Of a stretch of 64,000 bases of DNA, positions 38,396-47,047 are shown in pieces. The stretch is from positions 173 to 64,172 of the forward strand of contig JAGTRD010000003.1 in assembly GCA_018396915.1 (NCBI GenBank). Reading direction: 5' to 3'. The stretch comes from Candidatus Bathyarchaeota archaeon (GTDB lineage Archaea; Thermoproteota; Bathyarchaeia; 40CM-2-53-6; RBG-13-38-9). Numbering within the stretch: the first letter of the stretch is position 1; each line of letters starts with the position of its first letter. The notes under the pieces were generated by a model, which was not told the DNA's origin, did no database searches, and saw only the letters and a program-made list of their open reading frames with translations. The position numbers were made by a program, and so were the translations under genes.

Positions 38396-39325
38396 CTATG
38401 TTACATGCTCCCCAGCCAGACTCAGTATCCTCTTATACTCGTCCTCAACCTCCCTCTTTATCGCCTCAAGCTCATCTTTAAACTCGGGCTTCAGAAGGTG
38501 GCTAAATCTTCCTTGAAGTTTCAGGTATTCTTCTAGGGGTATGAGTCTACCTGGCTTCAGGCTCAACTTATATTTTCCATCTATGATCTCATATATCGGG
38601 AAGAGGCCTGTCTGAACCGCCATCTTTGCCAATTTTATAGTGTCGGAGGGGTTGGAGCGCCAACCCAGTGGGCAAGGCGCTAGAACATGTACTACGGCAG
38701 GTCCATCAACCTCTATAGCCCTCCTGACCTTGTCTATGTAGTCGCCGAAGAACCCTATTGAGGCTGTTGCGACATAGCTTATTCCATGGGCTGCACATAT
38801 ACCTGCTAGATCCTTCTTCTTACCACGTTTTCCAGGAATGACCTTGCCGGCTGGACTGGTAGTTGTTGCTGCTCCTCTGGGGGTTGCACCTGAACGTTGT
38901 ATCCCAGTATTCATGTATGCTTCATTATCATAACATATGTACACTACATCGTGGCCCCTCTCCAACATTCCTGAGAGGGCCTGTATCCCTATGTCGAAGG
39001 TTCCACCGTCTCCACCGAGGGCTATAATGTCAACCTTCCCTTTAAGTTGGCCACGCCTCTCCAAAGCTTCATAAGCATATTCTAACCCTCCTGCTACAGC
39101 TCCAATATTCTCGAATAGTGTGTGGACCCAAGGGATCCTCCAAGCAGTATATGGATATATTGTGGTTGAGACTTCAACACAGCCTGTGGCGTTGACGACG
39201 ACTGTGGGTCCTCTAGATGCCTTCAGAGCCATCCTGACCGATATAGATGGACCGCATCCCGCACAGAGTCTATGTCCTGGAGCGTAAGGCTCTTCCTTCG
39301 GAAGATCTTTCAGGGCGACCATCAT
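38396..39325 (-). CDS. porB: 2-oxoacid (pyruvate-type):ferredoxin oxidoreductase beta subunit
   Basis: 309 aa. Motifs: RLCAGCGPSI and the TPP motif ALGGDGGTFDIG. Substrate not provable by eye. Confidence 0.9.
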   Translation of the reverse strand: MMVALKDLPKEEPYAPGHRLCAGCGPSISVRMALKASRGPTVVVNATGCVEVSTTIYPYTAWRIPWVHTLFENIGAVAGGLEYAYEALERRGQLKGKVDIIALGGDGGTFDIGIQALSGMLERGHDVVYICYDNEAYMNTGIQRSGATPRGAATTTSPAGKVIPGKRGKKKDLAGICAAHGISYVATASIGFFGDYIDKVRRAIEVDGPAVVHVLAPCPLGWRSNPSDTIKLAKMAVQTGLFPIYEIIDGKYKLSLKPGRLIPLEEYLKLQGRFSHLLKPEFKDELEAIKREVEDEYKRILSLAGEHVT

Positions 39326-40590
39326 TCCCTCACATCCAGAAACCTGATCCTCTCCTTAACCCTTCCAGTCTTCGCTGTTCTCAAAGCTTCATCGAATACT
39401 TCTCTTACTGTTGATGGTGGAGTATCCCTCCCTCCTAAGCCATATATCATATTCATGACCTTGATGTCCATCCCAGTATTCTGGAGGGCTGATGAAACAT
39501 CGCTGCATAAAGCACCGTAAGGGGCTCCGAAACTTATAGCCCTATCCATAACTGCTAAGGCCTTCAAGTCTTTGATAGTCGATAGAAACTCTTCTGTGGG
39601 GAAAGGTCTATACGTCCAGAGTTTAATCAAACCAACCTTCTTACCTTTGGCCCTGAGGTCTTTAGCTACTGAACGGACTGTTCCACATGTGCTACCCAAA
39701 CACATTATAGCCGCATCTGCATCTTCGAGTCCGAAAGTCTCCATAAAACCGTATCTCCTACCTGTGAACTTACCATACTCATCCCCAACCATCTTAACCA
39801 CACCTTTAGACTTTTGGATAGCCTCCTCCTGTTGACGTTTAACCTCATAATAATATTCAGGCAGAGCCATCGCACCTACAGTTATCGGTGTCTCAGGATC
39901 GACTTTAAATATTGGTTTCCTCGGCGGTAGAAACTTATCAACATCCTCATCTGAGAGAACCTTCATACTCTCTGTTGCATGTGAGACTGTGAATCCATCT
40001 AGGTTCACTGTCACAGGGAGTTGGACAGTCTCCTCCTCAGCTATCTTGAATGCTTGAACTATTAGATCGTAGGTTTCTTGGGCGTTCTCTGCATAGAGCT
40101 GTATCCAACCGCAGTCTCTTGAGCCCATCATGTCGCTGTGATCTCCGTGTATATTGATCGGTGCTGATAGAGCCCTGTTGACTACAGCCATTACAATTGG
40201 GCATCTGAGGCCTGACGCGAGGTATAGAACCTCATGCATCAATGCCAAGCCCTGGCTGGCTGTTGCTGTGAAAACCCTTGCGCCGGCCAGGCTTGCGCCT
40301 ACACAAGCGGACATCGCAGAATGTTCAGACTCTGCGTATAGATACTTTGTATCAACCTCCCCGTCGGCGACATAGTCGCTGAACCTCTCAACTATTATCG
40401 TTTGGGGTGTTATAGGATAAGCCGCTACTACGTCGACCCTGCACTGTTTAGCGGCGTAGGCTGCAGCTTCATCGCCTGTATATGCTCCAGGTATCTGGCT
40501 GGATGCCTTGATCTTTCCAATATGTTTGGTGGCCTCGCCCAAATATGAAACTACACCATCGGTCTTACAGACTCCCTTTCTACGCGACAA
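39322..40590 (-). CDS. porA: 2-oxoacid:ferredoxin oxidoreductase alpha subunit
   Basis: 422 aa. AAYPITPQT motif; overlaps its neighbours. Confidence 0.9.
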   Translation of the reverse strand: MSRRKGVCKTDGVVSYLGEATKHIGKIKASSQIPGAYTGDEAAAYAAKQCRVDVVAAYPITPQTIIVERFSDYVADGEVDTKYLYAESEHSAMSACVGASLAGARVFTATASQGLALMHEVLYLASGLRCPIVMAVVNRALSAPINIHGDHSDMMGSRDCGWIQLYAENAQETYDLIVQAFKIAEEETVQLPVTVNLDGFTVSHATESMKVLSDEDVDKFLPPRKPIFKVDPETPITVGAMALPEYYYEVKRQQEEAIQKSKGVVKMVGDEYGKFTGRRYGFMETFGLEDADAAIMCLGSTCGTVRSVAKDLRAKGKKVGLIKLWTYRPFPTEEFLSTIKDLKALAVMDRAISFGAPYGALCSDVSSALQNTGMDIKVMNMIYGLGGRDTPPSTVREVFDEALRTAKTGRVKERIRFLDVRE

Positions 40591-40918
40591 CCCTCGACTC
40601 CTCCACCATCTCTATTGCTTTTACAGGACATTCTGCTGAACATATTCCGCAACCTTTACAGTGGTAATAGTCAACCTCAATTGTCTCCTCATATTTTCCA
40701 TATGGTTTCTGCAGCCTGTTGATTGAGACGTCTGGGCAGATTATCCAGCATATCAAGCATCTGATACATTTATCCTGGTTGATGATGGGTTTCTTCTCTA
40801 TCCTCCAGTCGCCTGTCCTATACTCGGCTGAGGAGCCGGGCTCAAAGATGATTCCTGCAATAGGAGTCTTCCTCCAACTCAGCTTCATCCTCTCCGCCAA
40901 ACTCTCTCTCCTATTCAT
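40580..40918 (-). CDS. porD: 2-oxoacid:ferredoxin oxidoreductase delta subunit (2x[4Fe-4S])
   Basis: 112 aa. Motifs CIRCLICWIICPD and CKGCGICSAECP. Confidence 0.9.
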   Translation of the reverse strand: MNRRESLAERMKLSWRKTPIAGIIFEPGSSAEYRTGDWRIEKKPIINQDKCIRCLICWIICPDVSINRLQKPYGKYEETIEVDYYHCKGCGICSAECPVKAIEMVEESRVVA

Positions 40919-41484
40919 CCTCTAACAACCTCCTGGCTTCCACTCTCAAGAAGTACCAAGTTCTTTTCTAAAATATCTCCTTTGAATCTTGACTTCATAG
41001 CATCCCTAACAGCATTCATAGAGACTATTCCTGTGGCTTTAGCCAGCGCACCCAGCATCACTGTGTTTATTCCCCTTGCGCTGCCAAGAGTCTTTATAGA
41101 GATCTCTGTGGCGTCGACCGAGTAGCATGATGGGCCCTTGAGGCCTAACTCTTCAAGAACCGTTCTTGGATGTTTCTTAGTATTCATTATGATCTTGCCG
41201 TCTTTCTTCAATCCCTCACTCACATCGATGAAGGAGGGCAGAGTTGGGTCTAGAATTATGACCGCGTCAGGATTGTATATCTTACTTCTCACCTCTATAG
41301 GCTTATCAGAGATTCTTGTGAATCCGGACATCGGGGCGCCTATTCTTTCAGGTCCAAACTCTGGAAAAGCCTGGATATGTTTCCCCTCCATCATAGCAGC
41401 TATTCCTAAAAGACGGCTGACCGTTATCACACCTTGTCCAGCCCTTCCATGCCACCTAACCTCATACATCAAACTTACCACCAT
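40915..41484 (-). CDS. porG: 2-oxoacid:ferredoxin oxidoreductase gamma subunit
   Basis: 189 aa. Motif RWHGRAGQGVITVSRLLG. Confidence 0.9.
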   Translation of the reverse strand: MVVSLMYEVRWHGRAGQGVITVSRLLGIAAMMEGKHIQAFPEFGPERIGAPMSGFTRISDKPIEVRSKIYNPDAVIILDPTLPSFIDVSEGLKKDGKIIMNTKKHPRTVLEELGLKGPSCYSVDATEISIKTLGSARGINTVMLGALAKATGIVSMNAVRDAMKSRFKGDILEKNLVLLESGSQEVVRG

Positions 41485-41669
41485 CTAATCATCAAAGACT
41501 CTTATCCACATCTACACATCGTAATAGGTACTTAAGAAAAAGTTCATACTACTTAAGTTTGATCATCGTCTTCTGGCTTGAATCAAAACCACCTTCATAT
41601 GTGTACGTTTGAGGGTATGTGAGTTACATTTTAGAGGTTATGAGGTTATGCTGATGATCCATTTCAGAT

Positions 41670-41831
41670 CTAATCTACGGGTTCGAACTGGTCTTTGGGA
41701 GCGCCACATAATGGACACACCCATGTCTCAGGCAACTCTTCGAAGGATATTCCTGGCTCAACGCCTCCTTCAGGATCTCCGACTAGGGGATCATAAACGT
41801 AGCCACATACACTACATCTGTATTTCTTCAA
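41670..41831 (-). CDS. rubredoxin (53 aa, TTG start), not in ORF track
   Basis: My codon-by-codon reverse translation: (TTG)[53 protein letters not shown]. It has the canonical CxxCG...CPxCG rubredoxin signature. Confidence 0.8.
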   Translation of the reverse strand: MKKYRCSVCGYVYDPLVGDPEGGVEPGISFEELPETWVCPLCGAPKDQFEPVD

Positions 41832-41954
41832 TGACAACTTCAACTCTCCATCAGATGAACATCATAATGTTATTGGTCTGCTAATTAAGTATTGACATTT
41901 CTATAATTATTGATTTCACAGTCTAATGAATGATTTTTAGATCATGTCGGAAGA

Positions 41955-43133
41955 TCAGCCTAATACTCTTTTTATGCGTTCCATGGCCTCCCTTATATTT
42001 TCCTTAGAGTTGGCGAAAGAGAATCGGAGGTTACCTTCACCTGACTCACCGAACGCTACCCCAGGGATTATTGCAACCTTAGCCTTCCTAAGAATCATCT
42101 GAGCAAGATCCATCGACGATAAGCCTACTCTCTTTATGTTTGGAAATGCATAGAAAGCACCTCTCGGAGTATTACATTTGAAACCGCTTATCTGGTTCAG
42201 ACCCAATATGATCAGATCTCTCCTCTCCTTGAACTCGTCAACCATCTTCCTCACACATTCTTGTGGGCCCTTCAAAGCAGCTACAGCTGCCTTCTGCGCT
42301 ATTGAGTTTGGACACCACACTGCATGTTCACTTATCATCCGGATCTTATCGATCAAGTTGCTGTCACCTGCCACATATCCTACACGCCATCCTGTCATCG
42401 CATATGTTTTCGATAGAGAATTGATTGTCAACGTTCTATCATCCATTCCCTCGATACTTGCGAAGCTGATGTGTTCAGACCCGTCGTAAATGAATTTCTC
42501 ATAGACTTCATCTGAGAGGACCAGGAGGTTGTTGTTTTCAGCGAGATCCGCGATTTCCTTCATATCTTTCAATTTCAATATTGAGCCTGTTGGGTTTTGT
42601 GGTGAGTTTATCAGGATCAACTTTGTTCTGCTTGTAATTTTTCTCTTGAGATCATCGAGATCAGGTCTGAAATCTTCATCCTCAATCAATCTGATAGGGA
42701 CCGGTATGCCGCCTGCCATGCTTATATCTCCCCAGTACTGGGGTAGGCAAGGTTCAGGGACGATAACCTCATCCCCTGGGTCGACTAAGGCTTGGAATGC
42801 GCAGAACAATGCGTTATAACCTCCTGAGAGAACAGCGACTTCCCTGCGTGGGTCTACGTCAATCTTATTATCTCGACGGAGCTTCTCTGATATGGCTTCT
42901 CTAAGTTCGAGTATTCCCCCTGGAGGGGTGTAATGTGTATAACCATCATCCATTGCCTTCGAGGCGGCTTCCACTATATGTGGTGGTGTAGGAAGGTCAG
43001 GCTCTCCGACGTGTAAATGTATAATGTCCTCACCTGAACGCTCCATTTCAACAGCCTCAGCGAAGAATTCTGCGAAGGCGGATTGTCTGAGTCTCCTCGA
43101 CCTCTCAGAGAGATGCTTATTCACATCAACCAT
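41955..43133 (-). CDS. class I/II PLP-dependent aminotransferase (aspartate aminotransferase-like)
   Basis: 392 aa. PLP-lysine context SLSKTYAMTGWRVGY. Confidence 0.9.
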   Translation of the reverse strand: MVDVNKHLSERSRRLRQSAFAEFFAEAVEMERSGEDIIHLHVGEPDLPTPPHIVEAASKAMDDGYTHYTPPGGILELREAISEKLRRDNKIDVDPRREVAVLSGGYNALFCAFQALVDPGDEVIVPEPCLPQYWGDISMAGGIPVPIRLIEDEDFRPDLDDLKRKITSRTKLILINSPQNPTGSILKLKDMKEIADLAENNNLLVLSDEVYEKFIYDGSEHISFASIEGMDDRTLTINSLSKTYAMTGWRVGYVAGDSNLIDKIRMISEHAVWCPNSIAQKAAVAALKGPQECVRKMVDEFKERRDLIILGLNQISGFKCNTPRGAFYAFPNIKRVGLSSMDLAQMILRKAKVAIIPGVAFGESGEGNLRFSFANSKENIREAMERIKRVLG

Positions 43134-43259
43134 GCCGGTTGGAATCCCCCTCTAAATCGAAGATCTTCATGGCATTCAGACTGATTGCTCTGGTTCATTC
43201 AATTGGGGAAACTATATAAGGAGTGTTGTAATTCAGTCTGGTCTTAAAGGTGTTTGGTT

Positions 43260-43463
43260 ATGCCAAAGGTTACAGTTGACTTCTCCAAATGTAACGGCGA
43301 TGGGACATGTGTAAGTGTTTGTCCAGTCGGTGTCTTTGAGATTCAGAATAAGCCCGACTTCAACAATGAGCCCAAAGCCGTTCCGGTAAACAGTGATGCC
43401 TGCATAGTCTGCCGTTCATGTGAAACTCAGTGTCCAACACAGGCTATTGTTGTGGAGGAATAG
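43260..43463 (+). CDS. 2x[4Fe-4S] ferredoxin
   Basis: Motifs CNGDGTCVSVCP and CIVCRSCETQCP. ATG 43260. Confidence 0.85.
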   Translation: MPKVTVDFSKCNGDGTCVSVCPVGVFEIQNKPDFNNEPKAVPVNSDACIVCRSCETQCPTQAIVVEE

Positions 43464-44163
43464 AGGGGCCTAGGCTCTGCATGGCATCACCACATTTTTT
43501 TATCAAGTAAACTATTCGACTTATAGCATCAATCTCATCTTTCGTGAATTCTCTTAAGTTTCTGTCAAGTGGAGGTAGAGCTCTCAGATATTTATAGATA
43601 AGGTCGAGGTTTCTATTAAGATCTTGATCGAAAGTCACTTTCAGGTGCTCCATTCTACCACGAAGTATCTCAGCAGCATCTTTATAGCCTAGAGAGTCAA
43701 ACACAGCCATTTTCAGAATGTTTCTCTGCAAGATCCATGAAAGGAGATTGTCGTCGACCTCTTCATGAACATGCTCAGGGTGATGATCACTATTAATGAG
43801 TTTCAACCTCATCGATGAGAAGCTCTCTGGAAATCTATCCTCCAATATTATGTCCGCGTAATAGTCTTCATGTAAGGTTTTCAGAACTTGACTTGTCATA
43901 CTAATATTCAAGTTCGGCTCAGCCTCGAATACGGGAAGGCCCATAAGGTACAGTTTAAGGTGGCACAACTCATGTTTGAGGGCATCTACGCTTAAGCTTC
44001 CCCTATACTCTATAATATACTCGAGTCTGGAGTTCTCACTCTGCCTGAAATATATAATATTCGAATGTAAGGGGGTTCTCTTACTCCTGATGAGTTTGAC
44101 CTCTATTGTCTTAGGGATCCCTAGGATCTCAATCGTACTCTTCAGGTCTCCTGGAAACTTCAT
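43444..44163 (-). CDS. hypothetical protein with HExxH motif
   Basis: 239 aa. A single HELCH at ~residue 64. No family recognised. Confidence 0.5.
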   Translation of the reverse strand: MKFPGDLKSTIEILGIPKTIEVKLIRSKRTPLHSNIIYFRQSENSRLEYIIEYRGSLSVDALKHELCHLKLYLMGLPVFEAEPNLNISMTSQVLKTLHEDYYADIILEDRFPESFSSMRLKLINSDHHPEHVHEEVDDNLLSWILQRNILKMAVFDSLGYKDAAEILRGRMEHLKVTFDQDLNRNLDLIYKYLRALPPLDRNLREFTKDEIDAISRIVYLIKKCGDAMQSLGPSIPPQQ

Positions 44164-44198
44164 ATAGCCACCCCTTCTGGGGATGTTGAGGTAAATTC

Positions 44199-45380
44199 TT
44201 ACTGAGTATGAAATTCGACTATGTCGCCGTCCTGAAGGATATGGGTGGGCCCCACTCTCTCCCCTGGATATTTACAGCTAGAACCCCATACCTTCACATA
44301 CTTTAGGTTTCGCTGAAGGTCGGTATGAATCTGGCCTGCTACTTCAGAGGCCACTGTCCCCTTCCTAACGACTATAGGCTCAGTTGAAGGCTCCTTCTCA
44401 TTAGGATCTTTCGTGTAGACTCTCATCAATTCTAAGGCTTGAAATATTGACGAGCCAATCTCGTCGAGTCCAGTTCCTGTTTTGCATGAGACTGGAGCTA
44501 TCGGAACGTCTCTAGGAACGGAGCTTCTCAATTTTACCAGGTTCTCAACAGCATTTGGCGAATCCATCTTGTTAGCGATCACAATTGAAGGTTTATATGT
44601 CGTTGTACTCTCGAGGATTGCCTCTTCCACATCATCTATCTCAACATCTCCCCAGATTCTGACCGCAACTCCTGTCAACCCATAGCTTCTAACAAGCCCC
44701 TCCACATCTCTCAGGCTGCATCCTCTAAGGTTACCTGATATGTGAACCTGTACCCCACCTATTCCTTTTCTTCTTATTATCTCAACCCTGCTCTTTCTCC
44801 TCTCAAGGGATATTCCGAATCTCTCCAGCTCACCTTTTATCAGGGTAAAGTCTCTACAGGGATCTCTGGACATGTCTAAAATTATGGCTAGACCATCAGT
44901 CTGCTTGGCAAGGTTTAGTGTCTGGGAGTTCCATCCCGAACCTTCGGTTAGATTCGGGTTTATGGCAGGCGCCTCGACGAGTTGGAATTGAATATCCATG
45001 AAACTTAGCATTCCGGGTGTTGGCTTCTGTGTGGTGTATGGATAGTCGGCTACTGTCGGTCTTGCCGAAGTCAAGGATGACAGTAAACTACTCTTGCCAG
45101 AGTTTGTAAGGCCGAGTAGCACAATCTGTACGGCTCCCTCTCTACCTGGTAGGTTGGACCTAACTCCTCCTGAGGGTCTCCTCCTCTCCTTGACCTCTAG
45201 GCGTAATGTAGCTATCTTCCTCTTTACTTGGGCTCTTAACCGTTCGTTTCCTTTATGTTTGGGGACTGCTGAGAGAAATTCTTCGAGGGCCTTTATCTTC
45301 TCCTCAGGATCTCTGGTTGCACTTGCCTTCATCCAAAGAGACTTTGCTTCAGCTGTAAGGTTCGCAGGCATCGACCTCAA
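44199..45380 (-). CDS. OBG/DRG-family GTPase with C-terminal TGS domain
   Basis: 393 aa. G1 motif LLGLTNSGKSS; C-terminal TGS-like LQDGDIVEF. Confidence 0.85.
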   Translation of the reverse strand: MRSMPANLTAEAKSLWMKASATRDPEEKIKALEEFLSAVPKHKGNERLRAQVKRKIATLRLEVKERRRPSGGVRSNLPGREGAVQIVLLGLTNSGKSSLLSSLTSARPTVADYPYTTQKPTPGMLSFMDIQFQLVEAPAINPNLTEGSGWNSQTLNLAKQTDGLAIILDMSRDPCRDFTLIKGELERFGISLERRKSRVEIIRRKGIGGVQVHISGNLRGCSLRDVEGLVRSYGLTGVAVRIWGDVEIDDVEEAILESTTTYKPSIVIANKMDSPNAVENLVKLRSSVPRDVPIAPVSCKTGTGLDEIGSSIFQALELMRVYTKDPNEKEPSTEPIVVRKGTVASEVAGQIHTDLQRNLKYVKVWGSSCKYPGERVGPTHILQDGDIVEFHTQ

Positions 45381-45841
45381 CCTTCAACTGAAAGATTCCG
45401 AAGGCCTACGAGGATTTTTGCCTTCTCTACCGTTTATGTCTGCTCCTCCCTCTTAGGTTTTACACCCACCCTCGCCGGTATCTACGAGCCTCTGAACGTC
45501 TGGGAGAATAGATATATGTGGAGAAGGCAGTCTAGATCTTCTTCTTGAAAATTGGGTAATAGACAGTAAACATTTCACTAAATTTTTTCAAGATTATATA
45601 TTTGCGTGAAATCTCTTTTTCAGGTTCGGCTGCCTACGGTCGTGCATGGCGAAAAGGTTCAGGTTTAGTCGGATCATACAAAGACTGTTGATGGTGGTTT
45701 TCACACATCATTTTTATGCGTTTCCGATGGATGTATCAAATGTATGGTTCAATTGATGGGAAATTTTGAGCATGTTAGTCAAAAATTTTTCTACAAACTC
45801 ATATGAGGATCGTCACCCAATATTTCAGAGGATAAATATCC

Positions 45842-46885
45842 TTAACGAAGTCTGAGTTTGCCCATCTCCATTATTCTCACACCATCAGCCTCAACTGTGG
45901 GTCTTTTGATTATGAAGTCTTGATGATGATCAGCCTTGACCTTACCGCCGATGTGTGAGTTGTCACCTAAAGCTATGTGGACGGTCCCCCTTATCTTCTC
46001 AGCCTCAAGAATATTGCCTATTCTTTTCGCCTTAGGATTTGTTCCGATACCGAACTCGGCAAGGTTTCTTCTTGCCAGGCTCATACTGTCAACTTCATTC
46101 AGCCTAAGGAATTTTCGCATCGAGTCTCCGACATCCCCTCCACCCTCAACCTTGACAACTAGTCCGTCACGGAAATGGATAGCCATATCCTCAATCAATC
46201 TTGGATGCCACCCCCTCTCAATGATGACTATACCTTCACCGGTACCCTCGACAGGAGCTATGTAGGCTTCTCCAGCTGGAAGGTTACCCCAAGATCCAGG
46301 ATCAGTATATATTCCTGTGTCGCATTTACCCTCCCTCCCATCGACGCTCATGGTTAGGTCTGTCCCAGCCTCGCTTGTCAACCTTAACTTAGAAGTTTCC
46401 GATAAGAGATTGGCGACTCTGACGGTTTCAGAGGCAACTTTCTTATAGTCTATGTCGATCGGGCCGTCAGGATAGAGCATCTCAGGCAATAGGCCAGGCA
46501 TACTGGCTACCCTAACACCTCTACTGGTTGCTGAGGCCCTCGCCTCTGTATGGGTTATGGAGTATGTCGTCACAGCGAGTAAGATGTCTGTGTGAAGAAT
46601 CCTCTCTGAAACGTCGAGGCCAGGCTCAGCAGAGTCTCTTCCAACTGAGGGGTAGGCGTACAGCTCAAGATTTACCTTCGAAATACTTCTCGCAGCAACC
46701 TCTACAATCCCCTTAGCAAGAAGGTTTCTCAGAGTCATTTCGCTCAGTCTCTCAAGATTCTGTGCAGCCCAATCCTGGGCTGTTGGGATGTCCGTTATAA
46801 CGAGCACATACTCACCTTCACGTAAACCCATACTCTCAAGAAGTAACTTCTTAACTCCGAACTCTATCTTTGAAATTGAGATCAT
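45842..46885 (-). CDS. M29-family aminopeptidase (AmpS/PepS-like)
   Basis: 347 aa. Motifs NLPAGEAYIAP and EFGIGTNP. Confidence 0.85.
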   Translation of the reverse strand: MISISKIEFGVKKLLLESMGLREGEYVLVITDIPTAQDWAAQNLERLSEMTLRNLLAKGIVEVAARSISKVNLELYAYPSVGRDSAEPGLDVSERILHTDILLAVTTYSITHTEARASATSRGVRVASMPGLLPEMLYPDGPIDIDYKKVASETVRVANLLSETSKLRLTSEAGTDLTMSVDGREGKCDTGIYTDPGSWGNLPAGEAYIAPVEGTGEGIVIIERGWHPRLIEDMAIHFRDGLVVKVEGGGDVGDSMRKFLRLNEVDSMSLARRNLAEFGIGTNPKAKRIGNILEAEKIRGTVHIALGDNSHIGGKVKADHHQDFIIKRPTVEADGVRIMEMGKLRLR

Positions 46886-47047
46886 GGACTTTACTTGGAA
46901 GTTGTGGGTGTGTTAAAGGTTCCGATGATTCCCCCTAAAGCAGATAGAGAAGGTGTACCATGAGGAAATGACTTTTCAGAAAACTTTAATTTCAGACGCA
47001 TTTGAATCTAGGCAAGTACTATGACCAAGTTGTAGGAAGATCGGTGG

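Noticed and set aside
45646-45756. 36-aa ORF (MAKRFRFSRIIQRLLMVVFTHHFYAFPMDVSNVWFN) in the 460-bp gap after the GTPase gene
   Set aside because: It has no motif and I cannot see conservation. It is too short to support without expression data.
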